This document shows positions 58,321-64,000 of a stretch of 64,000 nucleotides of DNA, piece after piece. The translations under genes and the position numbers were made by a program. The stretch is from Candidatus Latescibacterota bacterium. GTDB lineage: Bacteria > Latescibacterota > UBA2968 > UBA8231. Numbering within the stretch: the first letter of the stretch is position 1; each line of letters begins with the position of its first letter. Below the pieces are notes generated by a model. That model was not told the origin of the DNA, did no database searches, and saw only the letters and a program-made list of their open reading frames with translations. The DNA is taken from positions 4,928,001 through 4,992,000 of the forward strand of contig OZ244561.1 of the NCBI GenBank assembly GCA_965217585.1, read 5' to 3'.

Positions 58321-61300
58321 TCAATTGCTGCGATACTCGAGTACGACCCGATTGACAGGGCCTTGGAGGCCCATGGTATTGACCGCTTTTGCCTGCAGCG
58401 TGTTGCTGCCCGGGCGCAGTTGCCACGCGAAAGACGGGTCGCTCTCCTGCCATGCGCCCTCGTCCAAGCTGACCTCAAAGCGGGCGAAATTAGGAATGGG
58501 GCCGGACAATTGCACGGACAGGGCCGCGGTCGTCTCGGTGTCTTCTAGGTCGATCCTCGTTTTGTTCAAGGACCAGTAGAAATCCTCCGGCCGGGTGGTC
58601 TGGAGCGAATATTCCGGGTACCTCGGGTCGAGACTGTCGGTCCACCACAGATGGCCGTCCCAGTGGTACTGATCCATGCCCTGTTCCAGTTCCTGGGGCT
58701 CGGAGCGGTACAGGTGGTCATTGCGCAGCGGTATTCCGAAGCGCAGGTACAGATCGACAAACATCTGCCGCATCCGGTCCACGGGAATGGGCGGTGGGGG
58801 AATAATATCGATATCCTCGGCACTGTTGGCGGCGGCGCTGCGATGCATTTCGAGCGCATTGATGGGCACACCGGCCCTTTCGTACTGGAAAGCCACTTGG
58901 TGCCCTGGCAAGAGCCCCGGATCCTGGAGAATCCACTTGCCGTACTGGTCCGACCAGATCTCGGCTAGGCAGTGGTGATCGACGATGAGGGCACGAGCGT
59001 GGTACCCGAGGGCCGCGGCGCACTGGGCAAAGACAGCCGCATAGTGGGTGCACATCCCCAGCGCCAAGTTCTGCGGAGCCAGTTCGAGGATCTCCAGCGC
59101 GTCCCACTGTGGGCAGTAGTTGTACTCGTTTTCGTTCCACCCTTCCCACTGCCGGCGGACCCACTGGCGCAAAAGGGCAAACTTTTCCATCTCCGTTTTG
59201 CCGGGGGCGACTATTTCGTCCAGTCGGTATTTTTCCCGCAGGTGGCGCATGCGGGGGTGGTGTGGATCGGCGTAGTCGAAATCGTACGAAGAGACCGCAA
59301 TGGCATGGTCCGGTGCCTCGATCACCTCGATGTCCGGGTGATTTACCCCACTGACCCGGCCGGAAGCCTCAATGGTCACTTTTTTCACCAAGGGCGTGAT
59401 GCGGGCATCCCGGCTGGAAAGGGTCGCTCGCCACTGCACAAAGCGCTGTCCGGGCAAGGTGCTGGCCGAGTCGGCTGCCTGCCAGGGACTCCATTTATCC
59501 GGCGCGTAGCGGGCCGTCGAGCCAGTGCGCACTGCTAACCGGACAGCAGTCTGCGGCCGCAGTGCCAGATCGGCGGACAGACGCAGGGCGCTCACCTCCA
59601 CCTTGGGGGGCAGGGCATATTCTGCGGCTACATCAATTATCGGGGAAGTCAGGGTCCCCTCGGGCGGATAGCCGTGGACCCGGATGCGGACGACGTACTC
59701 GCCCGAGAGATTGTTCTCGGACCCGAGTATGTCGCTCTTCCACTCGCTGCTCTCCCCGGCAAGGCGCTTGAAACTGTTTTTGCCGGGCCTATCCGCATCG
59801 ATGAGTAGAAAACCCGCTCCCGAAAAGACCAGTTCGTTGCTGCCCTGCTGCAGGTAGCGGCCGGGAATGGTCTCCCGGTCCCAGCCGCCCGTGAGCATTT
59901 TTTCCCTGTTCTGAACATGGCGGATCTCGTGCCCGTTGACCACAATGAGCATGGGTGTTTGCTCGCTACCACCCCCGCCGAAAAAGAGGATTTCGGCTTT
60001 TTCGACTGCTGATGGCAATTCGAAGACCTTTTTCACTTGGATTTGGTCCGTCAGGGGTTCGCTGATTTTCGAACTGCGGGCCATGGCATCGGCAATCAGA
60101 TAGGTGGGCGCTAGGCCAAGGGCACCAGAGGCGGCGGAAAAATCGATGAAACGGTCGCGGGTGCAGTTGGTGAGAGTCTCGCCCTCAAAGGTCCTTTTCC
60201 ACTTGGACGAGGTTGCGCTGGCAGTGGTGTAGCGCGCTTTGGTCTCCGCAGTCCTCGGCGGCTCACCGGAGGACATCTGCCGGTCTTGCGGGTAGTACAA
60301 CAGCAGATAACCGCGCCGCTCGCGCTCGCCACATATGAGGGTGCCGTCGGCCGTGCTGACGACCGCGCCGATAGCGCCGAAGGTCCGGTGCCCTCCTTCC
60401 GGCTGCATGCCGCCCGGCCAGGTACCCAGGTACATCCGGCGTTGGACCGGGTCAAAGGCAAACAAGCGCGGCAGCCCTCCCTGTTCTCCGCCCACGCCGT
60501 AAATCAGGCCATCCGCCCCCCGGGCCAGCCCTGGGATGCGGTGCTGCCGCAGGGGCTTGCCAAAACCCTCTACCAATGCGGCTTTGGGGTCAAAGCGGAA
60601 CAGATGGCCATCTGTCGTGCCGGCGAGAAAGCTGCCGTCGTCCAGTTTTACCGCGGCGTCGATGGCGGCGAAGCGCCGTCGCCCCACTATGGCTGGCAAT
60701 CTGGCATCGAGGGGCTTGAGGACGCCTGTGCGGGGATCCAGTTCGAGGATGCGACCCATGTCGTCGTCGCCACTCGCCCCGGTGCTGGTGCCGCTGAGGT
60801 AGATCTTGCCGTTGTCTGCGGCCAGTAGGACTTTGCTGATCGGGCGGGTATGGTGGTGTTGGGGTAGGGGAACTACCTCGCCGTAGTCCTTGTTCTGGCC
60901 CGACGACAGCGCCACGGTGAAAAGCCGCCCTCCGGGTGCGGTAAGGCCGCAGAGTATTTGCCCGGTGGCGTCGACGGTTAGGGCTCCTACTCCGTCCGGC
61001 TCGGGAAATTCAGGCAGGGCGATCTCTGCGAGCAAGCGACCAGCGGGCGAGTAGTGCCGGAGGGGCATGCCTGGGGCTGCTCGATCCATCAGGTGGGGCG
61101 GCGGCACGGAGTCGCGGCGTCTGAAAGTGCCGGGGGTGTGGGGGCGCTGCCGCAGGCGCTCGAAGAAGAACTGCTTGTCGTAAGCGCGTCGGGCACCCAG
61201 ATAAATGTCCCCTTCGGGTCCGAGCGCTAGGCGCGGCTCGTCCCACCACAGGGCCTCGAAGCAGTCGAGCATTTTCACTGTTGTGCTGCTAGGGTCAAAG

Positions 61301-61533
61301 CTGAACAGGCAGATTTCCTTTTTGCCGCAGGTGGCTCCAATGATCAGGCCGTCGCGCTGCCGGCGGACCATTGCAGTCACCATGCACTCATTGACGGGCA
61401 GGGCCTCGAACAGAGGCACCATCTGGGCGCTTTCCCGCTTTAGGTCCAGCGCGGGGCTGGCCGCGTTGCCAGCGTCGGCGAGCAGCAGGGAAAAAGCGAA
61501 AATGGCGCAGCTTGTGAATTTTATCCGATACAT
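58321..61533 (-). CDS. Large secreted protein: beta-propeller + transglutaminase-like domain
   Basis: Signal peptide; propeller-type repeats (FDP, DGLIYG); GMCTHYA...HHCLAEIW...WILQDP Cys-His-Asp pattern. Confidence 0.75.
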   Translation of the reverse strand: MYRIKFTSCAIFAFSLLLADAGNAASPALDLKRESAQMVPLFEALPVNECMVTAMVRRQRDGLIIGATCGKKEICLFSFDPSSTTVKMLDCFEALWWDEPRLALGPEGDIYLGARRAYDKQFFFERLRQRPHTPGTFRRRDSVPPPHLMDRAAPGMPLRHYSPAGRLLAEIALPEFPEPDGVGALTVDATGQILCGLTAPGGRLFTVALSSGQNKDYGEVVPLPQHHHTRPISKVLLAADNGKIYLSGTSTGASGDDDMGRILELDPRTGVLKPLDARLPAIVGRRRFAAIDAAVKLDDGSFLAGTTDGHLFRFDPKAALVEGFGKPLRQHRIPGLARGADGLIYGVGGEQGGLPRLFAFDPVQRRMYLGTWPGGMQPEGGHRTFGAIGAVVSTADGTLICGERERRGYLLLYYPQDRQMSSGEPPRTAETKARYTTASATSSKWKRTFEGETLTNCTRDRFIDFSAASGALGLAPTYLIADAMARSSKISEPLTDQIQVKKVFELPSAVEKAEILFFGGGGSEQTPMLIVVNGHEIRHVQNREKMLTGGWDRETIPGRYLQQGSNELVFSGAGFLLIDADRPGKNSFKRLAGESSEWKSDILGSENNLSGEYVVRIRVHGYPPEGTLTSPIIDVAAEYALPPKVEVSALRLSADLALRPQTAVRLAVRTGSTARYAPDKWSPWQAADSASTLPGQRFVQWRATLSSRDARITPLVKKVTIEASGRVSGVNHPDIEVIEAPDHAIAVSSYDFDYADPHHPRMRHLREKYRLDEIVAPGKTEMEKFALLRQWVRRQWEGWNENEYNYCPQWDALEILELAPQNLALGMCTHYAAVFAQCAAALGYHARALIVDHHCLAEIWSDQYGKWILQDPGLLPGHQVAFQYERAGVPINALEMHRSAAANSAEDIDIIPPPPIPVDRMRQMFVDLYLRFGIPLRNDHLYRSEPQELEQGMDQYHWDGHLWWTDSLDPRYPEYSLQTTRPEDFYWSLNKTRIDLEDTETTAALSVQLSGPIPNFARFEVSLDEGAWQESDPSFAWQLRPGSNTLQAKAVNTMGLQGPVNRVVLEYRSN

Positions 61534-61539
61534 GGATCC

Positions 61540-62826
61540 TCAATCCGCGGTCAGCCGGGGAAATTCGAGGATGTAATACGGATAGGTCGCCATGATGTAC
61601 AGGGTTCCATCTGGCCCTATTGCCGAGCCTTGGATCGAGCCCAGACCATTGTGCAAATCTCGGTGTGCGGCAAACTCCGCATCGACGACATAGCCGAGAC
61701 ATTCGCCTTGGCCCCGGTGCGGATCGTAGCGCATAATCAGGGTCTGCTTCGGGTTTTGGCCCACATCCGCGGTCCAGTAGATCCGGCCCTTGGCGTCCTG
61801 TATCATGGTGTGGATATCGCTGCTCTCGGCAAAGGGCTCGGGGACTGAATTGCAGACATAGCGCATGGGCACGACTCCGCTGTCGGCGCCGGCTAGGTCG
61901 AATTCCTGAATTTGCCTGAGGTCGCCTCCGTAGAGCTTCATGCCGCGCCGGTTGAAATCGGCCCCGAGTTTGCTACCGCCGCCGCCAATTACACAGGCGT
62001 ACGGTTTTTCGTAGGGCGGCGCACCTGCTGGGACGCGCACTTTGTACTCGACGAGTTCGTCTCTTTCCACGTCGTAGCGGGTCATTCTGCCGCGATTGGG
62101 TATCCACACATCGCCCCGATCGTCCATGTCGATGTAGCGGCTCCAGGTGCCCACTCGCCCTTTGTCGATCACCTGGTGCGTGTCCAGTTCGTAGATGAGA
62201 AAGTGCATGCGCGGTTCGGTTTTGAAATAGATGCGGCGGCGCTCGTGGTCGACAATGCCGTTCATTAGACCGTCCTGGGCGCGCAGGATGCCAAGGTCCT
62301 GAGCTAGGCCCGTGCGCGGATCATAGGCGATTAAATGACCGCCGGGATAACCGCCGGCCTGTTCGCCGATTTCGGGTCTGGTGGCAAATAGTTCGTGTCC
62401 TTGCTTGGTGCCACCGTATATGCGGCCATCGGGGCCGATGGCCAGTTGCGTGTGCGTCTTACCCTGGGTATTGGTGTCGTACAGGTTTTCGGCGATGGTC
62501 CGGCTCAGGTCGACTACTTTCTCGATACTGCGGTCTCGGGGGTCATAGACCAGCCAGTCGCCGTAATCGTAGTAGTTGGCCGTGCCCAGGTAGACCTTGC
62601 CGTCGGGCCCTGCCACGCAAGCGGTGTACCCCGATTTGTTGTTGGCGTATTCATCGGGCACCGGGGTGGCCCAGCAGAACAGCGGCTCGAGGTCGGCCAC
62701 TTCGGGTTGCTGTAGGGCGGCGGGCACTGGTCCTGTGGGCTCTGGGGCCGTGCGGCAGAGGGCAGGACCCGCTAGCAACAGGCCCAGGGCCGGGAGCACC
62801 CAAAGCGATGCGGCTCGATTTTTCAT
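61540..62826 (-). CDS. Secreted beta-propeller protein
   Basis: Signal peptide; repeated GPDG(K/R/T)xY and YDP blades. Confidence 0.75.
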   Translation of the reverse strand: MKNRAASLWVLPALGLLLAGPALCRTAPEPTGPVPAALQQPEVADLEPLFCWATPVPDEYANNKSGYTACVAGPDGKVYLGTANYYDYGDWLVYDPRDRSIEKVVDLSRTIAENLYDTNTQGKTHTQLAIGPDGRIYGGTKQGHELFATRPEIGEQAGGYPGGHLIAYDPRTGLAQDLGILRAQDGLMNGIVDHERRRIYFKTEPRMHFLIYELDTHQVIDKGRVGTWSRYIDMDDRGDVWIPNRGRMTRYDVERDELVEYKVRVPAGAPPYEKPYACVIGGGGSKLGADFNRRGMKLYGGDLRQIQEFDLAGADSGVVPMRYVCNSVPEPFAESSDIHTMIQDAKGRIYWTADVGQNPKQTLIMRYDPHRGQGECLGYVVDAEFAAHRDLHNGLGSIQGSAIGPDGTLYIMATYPYYILEFPRLTAD

Positions 62827-62830
62827 GGAC

Positions 62831-64000
62831 TTATTCTCTGCCGGGCGGATCGCCGAGGTCGGGTATTGGGAGGAGGGCACCTCCCTGGAGGGCGGACTCG
62901 TGGGCGACGAGGCCGGGGAGCATGTAGCGGGCTGCGTCCCAGGCGTTGTTGGGTGGAAGCTGGCCGCTGGCGCAGGCGGTGACGAAGTCGTGGACGAGGA
63001 ACTGATGCGCGCCCGCGTGGCCATTGGGCAGGCCAGCGAACTCGCGCGGCAGGTGCTCGACCGGGTGAACGGCCGATGCGCCGAGGTGGGTGCCGTCGGC
63101 CGCGGTGACTTTATTCATGGGATCGTCGGCTTGGAGCGGCTGGCCGGTGCAGGCTAGGAGCTGATCTAGGTTTTCTTGTTGGGCGTGGTCTTTGGTCAGC
63201 CAACGGGCACCGCTGGCGGATTGCTCGAAGCAGCCTTCGGTACCTTGGAGGATCATCTGTACGCAGCCGGGGTGGCCGATGCGGCGGAATTCGTTGATGC
63301 GGCAGGCGCTGCCGTCGGACATCTTGTACAGGGCGCTCTGGTTGCTGAAGGGGTTTTGCCAGTCGTTGTGCTGGTAGATGCCGTCGGCGTGTTCGTCGCG
63401 GAATCCCTGGCAGGACACATGCGTCATGTAGGCACCCGTAACGGAGATGATCTGACTCGTCGAATGGGTCGGGTAATACATCGGCGGAATGCCAGCGCTC
63501 GCCCGCCAATTTTCTCCGCCGCGCCAGCGCGCCACGTCGTAAAGGCCGTGATCCCAGTCATGGTAGTACTCGGCTTGGCCATAGACGATCTGGCCAAAAG
63601 CGCCACGGGCGTGCTGCTGGCGGCAGTAGAGCACGCCGGGATAATAATAGCTGGTCTCCCCGAGCATGTACACCTTGCTGCTGCGCGCGGCGGCCGCGAC
63701 TAGGTTTTCTATTTCCGCGTAGCTAATGCCGGGGGGCACGGCTGAGTACACGTGTTTGCCGGCCTCTAGGGCTTGGATGGCTTGGGGGCCGTGGAGCCAG
63801 TTTTGGGTGAAGAGGCAAACGGCGTCTATGGACGAGCCACAGAGCGCGTCGAGCGAGGGGCTTAGGTCGGTTATCGCGTGTTTGGCGGCGTTGCGTGCCA
63901 ACTTCTCGCGGTCCAAATCGCAGAGGACGACTTGGCCGACGAGGGGGTGTGCTTTGAAGAGGGGAATAAAGCTCTGGGCGAAAGAGCCTGTGCCGACGAT
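62831..64000 (-). CDS. Gfo/Idh/MocA family oxidoreductase (5' end outside window)
   Basis: IVGTGSFAQ at the window edge, AGKHVYSAVP, YPTHS. Confidence 0.88.
   Translation of the reverse strand: MVGTGSFAQSFIPLFKAHPLVGQVVLCDLDREKLARNAAKHAITDLSPSLDALCGSSIDAVCLFTQNWLHGPQAIQALEAGKHVYSAVPPGISYAEIENLVAAAARSSKVYMLGETSYYYPGVLYCRQQHARGAFGQIVYGQAEYYHDWDHGLYDVARWRGGENWRASAGIPPMYYPTHSTSQIISVTGAYMTHVSCQGFRDEHADGIYQHNDWQNPFSNQSALYKMSDGSACRINEFRRIGHPGCVQMILQGTEGCFEQSASGARWLTKDHAQQENLDQLLACTGQPLQADDPMNKVTAADGTHLGASAVHPVEHLPREFAGLPNGHAGAHQFLVHDFVTACASGQLPPNNAWDAARYMLPGLVAHESALQGGALLPIPDLGDPPGRE

Noticed and set aside
58208-58453. His-rich N-terminal extension (THHHHH) on the Nramp-like transporter
   Set aside because: It arises from a (CAT)n run in the duplicated remnant and would overlap the upstream gene; the simpler start is ATG 58207, though this is not formally excluded
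1-64000. Numerous long overlapping or antisense ORFs in the six-frame track; CRISPR, tRNA, rRNA
   Set aside because: Shadow ORFs are expected at high GC and lack motifs; no repeat-spacer array or structural RNA gene was recognised by eye, though a tRNAscan/Infernal run is needed to exclude them

Overview
GC-rich bacterial window. Secreted-protein tail motifs, DUF6785-like transporters and many Gfo/Idh/MocA and sulfatase genes suggest an uncultured Latescibacterota-like lineage (inference only). Layout: (1) 349-8684 is a decayed patchwork of genes shortened by internal deletions, with a few intact genes including an AT-rich VapBC module. (2) 8927-19988 is a catabolic/ABC-transport cluster whose binding-protein/permease fusion gene is interrupted by an apparently intact group IIB intron (14857-17779). 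(3) 20065-28385 is a defence island: ATPase+DUF4276-like pair, single-chain R-M enzyme, HEPN-motif protein and three TA pairs. (4) The rest is mostly metabolic/housekeeping genes including rsmB-PASTA-rpe-ffh-rpsP-rimM-trmD-rplS, recJ and apgM, plus an L,D-transpeptidase cluster and large secreted propeller/transglutaminase-like proteins. Most notable: domain II of the intron is expanded by about 590 nt and carries an antisense mini-gene (strong RBS, 53-aa hydrophobic peptide with acidic tail, own intrinsic terminator), i.e. a candidate cargo or addiction module inside a group II ribozyme. All family assignments come from motif recognition by eye, not database searches. No rRNA, tRNA or CRISPR array was recognised.
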